This document shows, in pieces, positions 1 to 29,400 of a stretch of DNA of 64,000 nt. The position numbers were made by a program, and so were the translations under genes. The notes under the pieces are model-generated. The model searched no databases. It was not told the origin of the DNA and worked only from the letters and a program-made list of their open reading frames with translations. How positions within the stretch are numbered: position 1 is the first letter of the stretch; every line of letters begins with the position of its first letter. Origin of the DNA: Phoronis australis (lineage: Eukaryota; Animalia; Phoronida); contig NMRA01000417.1 in assembly GCA_002633005.1 (NCBI GenBank), positions 262,158 through 326,157 of the forward strand, written 5' to 3'.

Positions 1-270
1 GATACAATAAGATACATTAAATAAAATAGTATTTACAAATTGGATAAACAAATTGAATTAAAGATAAATAAATTTTGGTAAATATATTGGAAAGACAAAA
101 AGGAGGAACATCTATGACGACCACAGGTAACTGATGAGGTGGTGTCTGAAATTATAACAGTCAGCATCCTTAAGACAGGCAAATTGTTCCACTGTTTGAT
201 GGTCTGAATAAAGAAGGACTTGGAATAAAACGATGTTCTGTGTCTGGGCTGAAACTGTCCCTCTAAGTGG
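1..270 (-). mobile_element. 3' fragment of a CR1/L2-type LINE
   Basis: Minus translation QPRHRTSFYSKSFFIQTIKQWNNLP (the SFFxRTxxxWNxLP motif) followed by an AT-rich 3'UTR-like stretch. Confidence 0.6.
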
Positions 271-3200
271 CTTGTCAGATATAATGGCTCTAAAATAATA
301 AAATTGACACTAGTGACACAGCACTGTTTGGATACAACCTAAAATAGACCCTTCCTTGATAAAAACACAGATGTCAAATTTGGTAAACATTGAGGCACCA
401 CTAGTCAAAACCCGACGTCGGCCGTAACTGTTTTGAAAGGAGCATATCTCGGAAACTGAAAGGAGACGCATGCACCAGCAAATGTACGACGTGTCCGGAT
501 TCTATCCTTGACGCGGTGAGGAATGTTTTTTGTTTAGGCCCCCATTCACAATAGGCTACAGCCAACAGTCTGTCCGTCGGATATCGCGCATTCAAAGTAG
601 TGTAAATAGTGAACAGCAGCAGCCCAATGAGACGGAGGCAAAGTAAAGCTGGTTACAAATCAAACATAGTGCAAGGTCCAGCACTCAGAAAGGCGCGCGA
701 AGCACACGCAATTGTTACAGAGACATTGCATCCCTGTCCTATGTTGTGTAAGTGCCGGTGTGCTTTAACACATATCAAAACTAATGTACATCCACGTAAC
801 CACGTTTCACTACCCTTACAAATTCTCTGTTGCTCTCTGATAAGCATCGCAGATGCAAGAATCTCGCTAAAGAAGATAGTGTGATCGTGTGCTTCGCTTG
901 CAATGCCTCACCATGCGTCTCGAAGTCTTTTGTCAGTCTAGCGTGCTCGTGAGATTCTCACCCTTGCGCCCCTGGACGCAGACTAGTAGCTGTCTTGGGA
1001 AATACAAAAATCTAGCCAAAATCACGCTTTCAATTAAAATACACATTACATCACGTAATTTCATGAATTCTTGTTTTTTAGCGAAGTCCTAGCGTTACGA
1101 GCTTTACCCCCATGTAAACCCAAAAACGATTGAACTTGCGGCGACCCAATTTTGCTTGCTCATCCACTGGTCTGTGTACTTGTGGTCTTGTTAATTCACA
1201 CCCTGTACCGTTTGAGGTACACCCTGGACTTCATGGTGTCCTGAGATTAAGATGAATCCCGACAAGGACACCGGGACCCTGTGGCACTCTGTCTGCGGCG
1301 ACTACGAAAATCCTCCACCAATCATTTCGAAAAATGACAAGTCAGTCGGAATCAGATTTGGTAGTCGTTGCTTCTTGTGGTCCTAGGGGTACGCTAACAA
1401 GAATACAGGACCTGGAGTGCGTTGCAACGGGTCTGGAATCTGAAAGGTGTTTCCAACCCGGAGTTCCATATCTACTTTCCACAGGACCTTGTCTTCTTGT
1501 CCATGTCACCGCCTTCAGTTGATAGTTTTGAGACAAAAAAGAAACGTGATCTTAAACTACAAACCATGCTTTTTGTATTACTTAAGATAGTTTTAGAGGC
1601 ATTTCAGCTGTAAGTGTGTTTAATTGTGTTTGATTCGAAAGAGATGACTGTTACATTGCTATAATTATTATTGTTCTATTTTTACGCGAGGTGATGCCAT
1701 ACTTGCTTCAAGGGTAAATAATTTTGGGAAGTATTACCAGCGATTTCCGTATATAAGTTCGGGAAACCAAACGTCTTATGTAAAAATACACCAGGACCTA
1801 TACTCGGCAACGCCGAATACACGAACACAGTAAATTAGTAGTGACTGAGGGAGACTGAGCTGCGCGAAATTGGTGACGACCGTGGACGGCGCTAAACTGG
1901 TGACGACCAGAAGAAACGACCCTGTTATCTTCCACGCAGATTATCAGAAAATGTTAACGATTTTCAGTTTTATTTCATCAACAAACAGATTTCACAAGTC
2001 AGAGTTTTCACTGTGGTTAAAAACGTAAGCGAACCTAGATGTGTTAGGTCACCTCAGTTGCATAAAGACGCGCCAGTGTATCACTGAGTTAACGTCGGGC
2101 GTTTCAAAAGCTGTGGATGAGAAAGGTTTTAATTGTGAAAAACGGTTGGGTGAATTTGATGTTGGTAGCATTTGAAATTACATTCGCTTTCTAGACAACG
2201 CCCTTATATATACAATATGTTAGTTAATCGCGTAGCACTGTACTAGTCGACTCATTCCCATCGTTTGCAGTAGACCTAAACATGTAGAACGACAGCGTTT
2301 CTTCAACAATTCAGACGACTACCAGGACGACGAATGGGGATCACGAGTCGATGAGAAACTACTCATTTTACTATCATGATTGTCTTTGTAATCTATTTTG
2401 GGTAATTGTTCATTCAAAGTTTTCATGATGAAACTGAGCTTTCAGTTAATATGGAAATAAACGTGTCAGAGTTAACTTGCGTTTCGGTTTGTAACCAGCA
2501 GACAATGCATGGATACGTTTAACAAACATAAATATATGCTATGTTCTCGTCATTGTTCATCACTTTCGTCACTGAACTCGTTCTCACATCCATTACTGTT
2601 ACGTTTAATGCAAAATTCGTTAAAATTGAGAAAGCGCGTTTTGATGGTCGGGAACCCTCTTTGTGCGTCGAATACGCAAGTCCAGCTTTTTATTGGGAAA
2701 CCATGCGTTGACAGCGCAAACTCGACATTTTTTTATTGAGAAAACGCATTTTTACAAAAGAGAATCAGTTGTATGCAACGTTTCATGTGCGTCAAAAACG
2801 AAAACCAGACCCACTCATTGGAAAGCCCATATTTGTCACCAGGAAGACTCTTTTTTCACAACGCAGCCCGATATTTCAAGTGAGATAGCGCAGTTTTGAA
2901 AAGATTCCGTCACTTGCCGAGAACGGTTTTTGAGCTTTGGCAATGCAAGTCGAATATTTCATAATGAGAAAGCACATCTTTGAAAAGAAGAACGAACACT
3001 TGTCGGGAACGGGCTTTGTGCGTCGACAGCGCACATTTCTTATTGGGAAAGCCAGATTTTCAAAAATTAATCGCTCAGAACATTTGAGTCTCATTTACCT
3101 GCTATTATACTGCTATCAAATGACCGAGCCAGCAATGTTGATACTACGACCGCTCATCGAAATAATGTACTCGTACACCCACGAAATTCGGACACTAGCG

Positions 3201-4229
3201 GAAACCCAAATTTGGAGGTCCGCCAAATTCGGACACCACAAAAATGATGATTCGCGAGATTCGTCCAAGAATGAATTTTTTCAATTGGAATTAATTTTCA
3301 GTGTCCGAAAATCGCGCGACTTTACCGTATGTATGTGTTAAGAAGAAACATCACCGCCACTGCATTGAATTTTCTCATCTCTACTGCAGGCATTCGCTTC
3401 CTCTTGCAGCTCCAGTCAAGCTCAATGAGGGTGTTGTGGCAAGCAACTCAAGTTTCAAGCCCAACCATTTTTCCCGAAAGAGCCCCTGGGGGCTTTTCGA
3501 TGCAAAATCACTTTGGGAAAACGGGGGCTCTTTTGGACATGCCGGTAGAGTTGGTCAAGACTTGTAGACTGGAACACTATAAATTAAGGGAATGATAAAA
3601 ATGGGCATGTTGTAGGTAAGCATGGTGCAACTAGAACGAGTGCACAGTTAGAACTTGCCACGTACTGATATTCGTTTCACCACAATGCTCGTCGGTTAAA
3701 GTGGAATTTACAATGAAGTGCTGGGGGAAAAAACGAACATCACTCAATTCTAGCACATGTACTAGGGGAAATGTTTACTTTTTCTTGTCGGGTCGGTAAT
3801 TTTTTTTTTTCGTAAAATAGGCATATTTCACCAATACAATGTATAAATTATAACGAACCTTTTTCGAAGGGTCAATCTCTATCACAATTAAACTAACAAT
3901 TCCTAAGTGCAACTTGCTCATTTCCATTCTCGAGAATTTTTTTGAATTTTTGTTAAGTTTCAAAGTACCTTGCAAAGTAAAATATCCCGAATCAACACAA
4001 AAAATGCTGTCACAAATAACATTGCCTTTCAATAAAAATGTTGCTGATTTGGCAAAATTCTACTATTAAGTATAACAAAGTTATCTTTCCAAGTATGAAA
4101 TCTTGAGGAAAAGTGGAATGGTCACCTTCATTAATCTGACTAACTATGAAAGGTCACCTCCATTAATCCGAGTAACTAAAATTCTAACTTGTCATGGTGC
4201 CACATCAACAAGCTATTCTTTACATCACC

Positions 4230-5200
4230 AAGAAAAAAAAAACAGATACACATCAATTACGCTGGATGGGTCGAATTTGTCATTGACTAGCACATTGAAT
4301 GTACTAAATTTGTTTGCTAGTGTCTCCGGTCTCCAAGTGAATGTGGATAAAACAAAAGCCATATGGTTTGGAAGTAAAACTGGTAGTAATGACGTGATTC
4401 CTACAAAAGAAAGTCTGTCTTGGACAAAAAATCTTTTAGATTTTTGGGGGTGGATTTTGACACTCAATTGGATAGTATGACGCATAAGAACTTCACTGCA
4501 AGAATAACTGAGATCAAGACCCGGTCTCCAATCTTTTTACTCGAAATGGAACTCGAAATTAGGTTTGGCATTTTCTACTCTACTTTTGGGCGAACTCAAG
4601 ATAAGTGTCTATTATTCTATGCTCGAGTACACAATAACTTACGTAGATTATTTATTGCCCTTAGTTCACAGTTTGTAAAACCAATATTAAAGCAATAAGT
4701 TCGAGTTTGAACTCGAAATTTCGAGTTTTTACTCGAGTTTGTAGCACAAATATAAGGGTCTTCAAGGGCAAACTTGAACTAGAAACTCCTATGCATAAAC
4801 TATAATGTATTCGAGCACAGTCTGATAACCAATTATCTTAAGTTCGCACAAAAGGAGCAGAGAATTGCCAAAAATAGTTTCGAGTTCGTTTCGAGTACAA
4901 AGATTAAAGACCGGGCCCAAGTCTATTAAAAAGTTGTTGGAGTCAACGAAATTTAACTCCGTTTGGTAGAGTAACGGTAATTAAAACATTAGCTATTTCT
5001 AAACTTAATTTTTTTGTTGTCAAGTTTACCAAATCCACCAGTAAAAGTCTTGGATGAATTGAATACAACATTTTTTAGATTTGTATGGCAGGCCCGTAAT
5101 GATAAAATTAAACGAACTACGGCCTGTTTAGGACTTGATCAAGGGGGAATTCAAATGGTTAATATGCATACTTTCAGCAAAGCTTTAAAACTCGCTATGT
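4230..5200 (+). mobile_element. L1/Tx1-clade LINE ORF2 (RT C-terminal) fragment, interrupted by a MITE
   Basis: LFASVSGLQVNVDKTK, FRFLGV, WSQRNLTPFGRVTVIKTLAISKL, FFRFVW...GLDQGGIQM; frameshifted. Confidence 0.85.
4518..4917. mobile_element. PIF/Harbinger-type MITE (400 bp)
   Basis: ~40-bp imperfect TIRs G(A/G)CCCGGTCT..AATCTTT.TACTCGAAA; 3-bp TSD CAA; removing it rejoins the LINE sequence. Confidence 0.8.
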
Positions 5201-6547
5201 ACATTTACAAGGAGAGATGTCACAAAAATATACCTAATTTTCGCAAGTTCGTTACATATATATATATGAGTACCATAATGCTGAAAAATTAATTACATAT
5301 AAAAACTTTGTATATAGCTTCTCTGCGCGAAATGGGAAAATTTTATTGTTCATGTTAACTACATGTAGAAGATATTTACTTTAAACGAGATACGATAATG
5401 GTCTTCCTGAGGTGTGCATGCGTGAATGAATGATGTACTTATTTGTTTGTTTGTTTTTGTAATCGTTTGTAAATGATAATAAATACCTAAAAAAAAAACA
5501 AAAAACAGATGCAAACTGAGAGGATAATGGAACAAGTGGACGGAGAGGGAGGCTAGTATGACCACGTATTTCACTTGTAATAGATGGTGATACCAAATCT
5601 TGTGTTTTCGGGCAATTCTCATATCTACAGAAACACGCCTGGTTGTTGAACATATGATACAGTAACATTTCACAAATTTGATTTTGTACAGCGTAGCCCA
5701 CTCTCACTTGTTTTTAAATTATAACAATTATTTTAAATGTTGAATTTATTTCAAATCATTTTATAACTTCTCAAGTAACTGAATTGTATCTTTCATTTTG
5801 ACATTCCATTTGAACACTGACGTGTTAAACTAAGAGTCCCTATGGCTGGTTGTCCTTACTGTTCAGTACATCCAGTCTCTCAAAAATGCTCCACTTTTAA
5901 CTGGCAATATCTCCCAATTGCCAAAAAACTGGCACAAAGTAACTACTCTCTTTATATCCAGGACATAAAAAATTTAAGAAAGGCATTTAATTTTGCAAAT
6001 AGCAGGACATTAACAACCTCCAGCTAACCTCCATGTTGGTTAATTTTGGCCAATGTTCAATGTGCATCCACGCTCTTCAGGAACCAGAGGCAGTCGTTTC
6101 TTCTGTGTCAAAACGATTGATACCTGTTAAACCTCTAATTTCATTTGAACACTGTTGTTGTGTAGAGGTTAATTCTGTGATTGTCAATATTTCTGCAGTG
6201 TTACATTTTGTAAGGTGGCTGGAAACGGATTAAAGGATGTCGATCCAAGTCCCTCTGGGGTTTGACTTTTTCTGATTTGCAAAGTAGAGGCAGTCAGTTT
6301 TGTCAGCATGAGTCAAAGCTTAACCACCATAGAATCAATTTGCTCAGCATTTTATAAAAAGTTCATTTTTCTTCAAAATCATGGAAACCAATTCCAAACA
6401 TTACAATTATCAATGAAAGACAAAATCATCATTTCTGAAAAGATGAAAGTCAATATTCAAACAAAATAAGTTACCTTGACATCCACTGTGTATAAACAAC
6501 TGAATATATATATAAAGCAATAGTATGCACAAGGTATTTAAGAACTA

Positions 6548-7716
6548 CTGTAAACATTAGGGTTAATGCCTTGGGTCCTTGTATTAGTGAGTCTGTAATT
6601 TGTGGTTGTGTACTTAATCAGAAATAGACACTTAAATTGGAAAGTTCAAGCAAGTGGGCACTTACTCGAACAGCGGCACATAATCTGAGCTAGGCAGTCA
6701 CCCTCGCAACCTAGGTTCTTCAAAACTGGTGTCCATAGACCCGAAGTGAAAGCTGAATCAGCGCTCTTCAACCAACATGAGTACTTGAGTAGTCAAGTAT
6801 GCACCTTGACACAGGAGAAAATACACATTGAAAAATACCCACCAAAATTCTAGGACTGACCAGCCGCATGAATGATATCATTGAAGATGCAAAGTTAAAT
6901 AAATCGAAGTACAAACTCTCTCCTACAGTTTGCAGTTCAAATTAGTCAAGTTAAATGACTGAAAAACATCCAGACAAAAAACTTGAACAAACTACAGCAC
7001 TGGGATAGGCATTGTGTGCTCTGATTGAATGACACACTGATGCGCAGCAACAATGCAATGCAAATTTCACAAGACAGTAAAAAATTTAATTTTGTGGCTT
7101 TTGCTGTTTATGTATTCAATAATTAATTTTGCATGAAAAAAAGCCTTGAAAAACGTCAGTTTCCACCAACAGGTGATTAAAGTTTGTTCCCATGGCACTG
7201 AATACATACCAAATATGGAAAAAATATAATAGCCAAACAAAATGCCACGTAACCCCACCATGCCCGTCACTTTGTCTTCAGAGGTAAAAAGAACCAGGAA
7301 TTGGCTCTTAAGTTGCAAGAATGGATGGGTTCCTTTGAAAAATAAATTTGTTACAGCTTAGAATGATAGTCTGTGGTTGACTATAGTCTTGATAAGTGTC
7401 AACGACACGGCGGTTTTTAATGCATGTCTGCAGAAGACACTTGCAGACTATGCAATGTCTCTGGTGATGACCATAACTTCACTGCGAATCAAAACTGATC
7501 CAGTTTCCTCACCTGAGTTCACGCCTTTGCCTTCCGAAAACCATTTGGTAACGCAAATTACAGATGGTCTCTAGCCTAAGCATTGAGCAATTAAATGAAG
7601 TTTCCCCAAAAGTAGAAGGTAGGCGCTTAGCCTTGCAGTGGGCGATCAATTTGAAATATTTCAAAAATAAGGGTAGGCACTTCCGTAAGCACAGGCATTA
7701 ACTGAAATGTTTACGG
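6548..7716. mobile_element. Old TA-flanked TIR element (Tc1/mariner-like, non-autonomous) in the probable ZNF143 3'UTR
   Basis: TA|C(T/C)GTAAACATT...GTTAATGCCT occurs at both ends in inverted orientation. Confidence 0.5.
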
Positions 7717-7843
7717 TATCATTCTCCTGACTTGAAGCTTTATACATAATGGAAGAGACGAGATGACATAACTTTGATCTGCATGCTGTTGCCACTGTTT
7801 CACCATCAGGTCTGCCTGTATAAATCCTCACTTAAGATTAACA

Positions 7844-22735
<14,892 letters not shown>

Positions 22736-23120
22736 GTTGCCACGTGATGCAGCCTATAAGAATCCGTTGTAATGAGAATCGGTGGAGCCACCAGCACCGA
22801 TCTACTTAGCATCTAAAATGTCGACTGTTCGTAGCCGATAAAAATATTTGCAGTGTTGTGTACTTTTTTACTCGCTCGTATCACATGCGAGAGAACCATG
22901 GAGACAACTTATACAGAGCGAAACAAGAGAGAAGTAGATAAATATGCTATCTTTATTATGCGCTATATATGAAATACAAAACTACAAACTTATAACTCAT
23001 CGCTAACCGTCGTCATAATACCCTCTCTTAACTCCGAATGACTACCAAATCACTTAAGTCGAGTAATGAAAAAGTTGTAAGCTACAGTAAAAGTAAAAAT
23101 AAAGAAGTTGAGATTCTTAC

Positions 23121-23300
23121 CAGACAGAAACGAGACCCGGTAGAATCCGAAGTTTGGGCGTGTGGGGTCTATTTTTATAGACGTATTCGTACCGCGAATG
23201 TTCCAAATTACGCTAAAATAGTTGTCTCAAGTTAAACGTAAAAACCAATCAAAATGCAAAGCAAAAATTCCGTCATCAAAAATACCAAATAAGGGAACTG
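23121..23300 (-). promoter_or_regulatory. Putative 5'UTR exon and promoter of ZNF143
   Basis: Strong donor ctg|gtaaga at 23121/23120, CpG-enriched context and a GGGCGTGT box at ~23156; the TSS itself cannot be determined. Confidence 0.45.
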
Positions 23301-25390
23301 GCCAACATACACCACTTTAAATTATAGTTGACCACTCTTACTTCTCACGACTCAACTTAACTCACGACTCCATCAATAGACAGCGCTCCCGTCACACCAT
23401 GCTAACTTATTACAAAGACAATCAATAAATGTTAGCAACCTCTTTGATGTACTGTATGCATATGGGTGGGCTTATCTATGTGTATTTTTAAGTGGCCAGT
23501 AAGCCAGTTTTTGCTGTTCACCAGACAAAGTTTTCAGTAATCTCATTAATTAGTTGAATATATGACATCACAAGCCTGCCGGCCAAATAAGTTGTTATTG
23601 TTATTCCTCCCAACAAAACTTCAATGATCATAGTGGATGTCTTATTTTTACAAGTTCTAGTTTTGCCACATGACTGTTTATATTATTGACCTACCACAGA
23701 AACCATTTCATACTTTCAAGTGTAGATCTTTTTGTTACAGTTAAAGTGGCTTGAATTTGAAAAGTTTTGCAAACTTGAAGTGATGACTTGAAAAAAAGAA
23801 AGTTCACATAAGGGTGACGAATTTGGTCCCAGCACATGTGGAGATTAGAAGAAAGTTCAGTTGAAGCAAGAATCTCCTGAGTTAAGCTGTGATAACATGC
23901 TTTGTTTATAATGCATGGTGATATCCCACAAAGACTTGTGTGATCTTCCGTTTCCACGAGTGCATTCAGGGTCTACGAAATGGGCACTTAAGGTCTAGTG
24001 ACTTTTACTGCAGTTTTGGTGAATGCTGGTCCACAAGACAGGGTTTTAGAGGATCACCACTGGAATTGTTTCCACTTGACTAAATGTCGAGAAAAAAACA
24101 ACCATCATTTGGAATACATACTTAACTGGTAACCAAAACACTATTATTAGTAAAGTAACATGATCAGCTAACTCATCCTTGGGCTGACTTCAAGTCGGGT
24201 GAATAGTAGTTAGTACACTAGGGTTGATGTTATTTTGATCAATGAGAATATTGAAGTCATGAGGTGAATAGCAATCTGATTGTTTGGCCAGTAAGGTTGT
24301 GTCGTTCCTATTAGACTCGAGGGTTGTCAGATCACTAACAAAAATTAGATGACTTATAAAATCCAAAGAGGTGGACCTATCGAGTTACATGAACGCATTT
24401 TCAGGTAAATAATAAAAATCATCTTTGACAGATTGGATTTGTGTTGAATGAGCAGAATGGCTTATTTTGGCCGAATTGTCAGGTAAATGTAGTTGGTTTT
24501 GCCAGCCATGTAGGCCATTTTCGTTTATGAATCCTTTAAAAACTGTTGAAATGTTGGGTTCAACTTGGGTTGAGATACAAGCTGGCCTACAAGGATTCAT
24601 TTTAACTTGATTCTCAGTCTAACTCAGACAAGTTTTCCGCCATAGCCTACTACTCGCTAATTCGACCCCTAAAGTGAGGTTACGTTTTCCATCTAGCCTA
24701 TTCCAAAGGCAAAGATGAGCAACAAGGAGATAATGTAGGTTACCAAGGTCACAGGCCAAATCTGTATTTATAATTTTCTAAGCGATGGTTGGTCTATATC
24801 AACACTGATATTGGACGTTTGTGGCCCAAAATCTGAACTGCTCAGTGGAGTTGATCGGCTGAAATAGGCTGGGCAGTCAACCTTTCAAACGTTTTCTTTC
24901 GTGCAAAAACGCCACACAATGCGAAATGGGCAATGTATATTACAGTGTTTCAAAAATGTACCCATTTGCGTAATTAAGGCACATTTTTGATCAGCAAAGT
25001 CGTAAGAAATGGTAATAAGTGCACAGTTGACGCCGAACTGAACTTCAAACAAAACCGCGAGAGGAATCCTGCTAAAGGACACTGGGAACTTACCCAAGAG
25101 CCTTCACTCACCAAAATAAAATGGCCGATAAGGAAAAATATTGCTCAATGGGTGTATGCGGAAATGTGTGCCTCTGCTGTGATCAATTTGCAGCATATAT
25201 CCCATCTTAAATCCATTTAACCAAAACATGGATAAATAGGTAGCCATATTTTAACAAATTTATACAAAGTTATGTCTAAGTCACTTGAGTCAGAGAATAT
25301 ATTTAAAATAATGCATGGTTAGGGCATGCAGAAGGTTCAAATTGTTGCCACTGTGTGTCTCTTCGCGCAATTAGCGCGCTGACTGGTAAT

Positions 25391-26148
25391 CCTCGCTGGT
25401 TCCCTCCGTGCCGCCAGGTGGTAGCCAACATTGGCTGGGCACGTAGCCTCGCAGGTTCCCTGCGTGCCGCTAGCTGGTCAGTAGCCAGCACGCAGCGTTT
25501 ACAACGTAATGTGCATGTATTATTTTTCACGGTGTTGTAAAGCTAACCAATGACTCAGGTTACATTAACCAATGCTAAAGCGCGTGTCACTGCGTGATAC
25601 CTGCGTCACAGAGACCGTAGAGAGGCTGCGTGCTGGCTATAGGCACGTAAGGGCCCAGCGAGAAAGCGGACTGTGAACGATTTTTAGCCTTGTCATGCAA
25701 GTGGCCGGCGTCGCAGCAACTATTTCGCTTCTGCAGTGACGCGTGCTGACAATAAACACATATCTGGCCGATTTAATCGATGTGTTATTCATTATGTAGG
25801 ACAGTAAACAAAAGTCAAAGAAAAGGCGCAATCACAATTTCCAGGATTCACATTTCCTGAACATAAATTTTAAGCACCGATTTGTCTGTAGGCTACAACA
25901 GACCACATTTACACTTCAGTCCATCAATTCAAGCCAGCTTGTTTGCGTAAAGCATTGCCTGTAGAGAATTCGACCAGCCAATCAGAAACAAAGGTGCAAA
26001 AAAAATTTCCGAGGAAAATTAAGTGATACCTGCGTGCTGGCTACTGACCACCTAGCGGCACGCAGGCAACCAGCGAGCCAATGCTAAAGCGCGTGCCACT
26101 GCGTGTTACCTGCGCGGTGCTGGCTAGGCCCGTAGGGAACCAGCGAGG
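25391..26148. mobile_element. GC-rich TIR element with subterminal inverted repeats
   Basis: CCTCGCTGGTTCCCT...AGGGAACCAGCGAGG termini; a ~48-bp internal inverted pair at 25447/26030. Confidence 0.65.
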
Positions 26149-26451
26149 TACAGTTATTCCACATAACTCAAAATGCGTTTTTTAATAAACTTACACTTTT
26201 TACTACAATTTGCTGTTTGTTCGACTTGAAATTAAGCAGGAATTAAAAATAAATTGAAAAACATATATGCTAAAAACTTTCAAACTAATCGTGTTTTTAT
26301 GCCGGGCGCCGTATTTTCAAATACATAAAAATATACAAAGGTTGAAATTAAAGAACTAAATTTTAAAAAATTAACCAAGTTTCATTCATGATTTTCAGAC
26401 ATACGCAAAAGTTACTGAATTTTATTGACTGGAAGTTTCAGCTGTCAATAT

Positions 26452-29400
26452 TTTTTTATTTAATGTTTATTAAGAAATCTTCAGAATACAATGAATATAC
26501 ATAACCCAGAAAGCGCCAAGAGGCATTATATCTGGGTTAAAAAATACAAAGAAGCCTATATACAACTATTATACACCAATACATAAATTAAAAAAATGAT
26601 GTTAAGATTACAATGATATATGATTACGAATGTAAATAATTCATTTTCATACACAAGTATACAATTATATCGACTCACACAAAGAGATTTTAAATTAATG
26701 TTATAAAGAAATTCTTATACTATTTCAAATAAAACCTTATTTTCATTTGGGTTGAGTTCTTGCCATCCATATAGAAAAAAATTAATTTTGTTGTACAATT
26801 GCGGAATTTCAGAATATTTCTTGTAGACATTGGGGTATTGTTCGAGTGTCTGGAAAAGCTGTACCCTCTGCTCCTTGCATACCTCACAAGCAAAGAAAAC
26901 ATGAGGATATGTCTGGGTGTCTCCAAGGGAACACAGAGGCGAAATATTATTAAAATTATGTCTAAATTTCTCGTTGTTTAGGAATAGACTGCATCTTGAT
27001 CTGTATAGGGTTATTTCATGGTTGCGAGGAAGTTGAAATGATGTCAATGGGAATGGCAAGTCTTGAGAGTGACGATTGAAGTGCTTTCTTTTATTTTGGG
27101 TGGTAAGGAATTCCAGTTGTAAATACAAGTTAATATCGTTGATCTCCTGAAGGCTTGGCTGATGGAAGATGGAATAGTGTGCATATTACTTTGTCGCAGT
27201 CCTGGTCTCGTGTTTGGTCTTTGGTATGAGTCAAAGAGGATTTTGTTAGAGCAATTGTTTATGTTGGTTAAGACTTTGAATGTATACATGGACATGTGAA
27301 GTTTACGACGGGTTGCTAGTTTGCTCCAGTTGAGACTATTTAGATCCTTGTTTGTGTTGGACCCTTTGTATGCCCCTGTTATGACTAAAGCTGCTTGGTA
27401 TTGTAGTCTTTCTAATTGAAGAAGTATGCCAGCGTTTGCCGATTGGTAGATTATGTCACAGTAATCTAGATGTGGAAGTGCAAAAGACTTGAACAGAGTT
27501 TCAAGATGCATGGAGTTGAGATGACGAGAGATAATTCTAATTGGATTAATTAACTTTTGTACTTTGTGAACGAGTTCGCGACAGTGAGGAGTAAATGTAA
27601 GCTTATGGTCTAGTAGCAAGCCAAGATGTTTGTGCGTGAACTTAATGGGAATAACTTCCCCACTGAGTGATAATTCCAGCGTTGGATTTGTTTGGAAATG
27701 AGTATTATTAGACTTAGAAAATATAAGATCAACACTTTTTTCAGGTTTAAATTTCATCTTCCATTTGTAAGACCAGTCATAGAGTTTGTTAAGGTCAGTT
27801 TGCAATTGTAAGGAGTCATGTGGATGCTCTTTTGAAAATGGGTGGAAAATTGCAGTGTCATCAGCATATAAGAATATTTTAGAGTTTATGGTGTCTGGAA
27901 GATCATTGATGTACAGTAAAAAGAGTAAGGGGCCTAGTACGCTACCCTGTGGTACTCCAGCATTTACGAAACCTGGCGTTGATGAAGGTGATAAGACACC
28001 TTCAATATTCGGACTTTGTAAGTTCGATATTCCAGATATGATTTTAAAAGTAAGAGGAGAGTGCCTGAGAAACCGTAAGATTGTAATTTATTTAGAAGCA
28101 GGTAATGGGGAATGACATCAAAAGCTGACGCAATGTTTAAAAATACGGATCTCACGTTGTACCCTTGCTCAAACTGGAGGTGGATGTCGTGTACAATTTC
28201 TGTAAGTTGGGACACAGTGCTGTTACCAGGCATGAATCCAAATTGGCGACGATGTATGAGGTTTCGTGAGGAGAGATGGTCAAACATGTGCTGAGAAATG
28301 ATTTTTTCTAAAATTTTGGATAAAGTGTTAAGTAGAGTTATGGGACGAGAGTTGACAATGTCTGTTTTGGAGTTCTTTTTTGTGTATTGGTATCATAACG
28401 CAAAGCTTCCAGTTCGAAGGAAATTTTCCAGATTGTAGTATTTTGTTATATAATGTTGCCAGAGGAACTGTAAGCTCTCTTGCGATTATCTTGATCATTA
28501 TATTGGTTATGAGATTGGTACCGTCGTTTTTGTTTTCGTCAATGTTTTTCAGTAGTTTTCTGACTTCAGATGGTTGGGCTTGTATGTCAGAGAGGTGCTC
28601 TAATGTTCTGTTTGGGAATTCGGAGAAGTTTGTTGTTGGTGCAGTGTGACTCTTGGCGGTGAAGTAGTCTAGAAATAACTTACTTTTATCAGCTTTGGAT
28701 GACGCCTGAGAGTTAGATTCCTTTGAGTGGATGATGGGGTATGATGATTGCTTTACCTGTCCTCGAATTTTGTTTACTATATCCCAATATTCCTTAGAAT
28801 TTTGGAGACATTTTTGATATTAGAGATAATTTTCATCTTATAGTCTTGTTTTGTCTGTTTAATTAATTCGTCCACACTCTTGCACTGTTCTTTGTAGCAC
28901 TTGAACGTGCACGGGTTATTTGATTTTCTGAACGATCTGTACAGTTTATTTCTTTTACTTATTTCAGACTTAATGTTATTGTTAAAGCACTGTTTGTTTT
29001 TGCTTTTTATTGTTTTCATGGTTGATGGGGTATTATTATCTAGTATGTTGTAAAGTGACTATGTGAATATTGAGACTGTGTCATTTATGTCACTTTTGTT
29101 AAGTATTTCAGTCCAGTTAAATGTGGTTATGTCAGAGCGCAGTTTGTCCATGTTAATGAGGTTGTAATTCAAGATCTTTTTCATAATGTCTGGTTCTTTA
29201 GGTGCGCAGTTGAGTGAGAATGTTGTTTCCATAACGTGGTGTTACCAATGGGAGGCCTTACAGAAGTGGATTCAATTAATCCGAGATTGTTTGTAATACA
29301 TAAATCAAGACAAGAATGTGAATACCCCGTTAAACGTATCGGCTCGTTTATTAGTTGTATACAGTCATTTGAGAAGAGAATATCGAATAATTCGAGACCG

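Noticed and set aside
22975-23095. ACTACA/ACTACC words near the ZNF143 5' end as autoregulatory sites
   Set aside because: None is followed by the nnnCCCR...ATGC part of the ZNF143 motif
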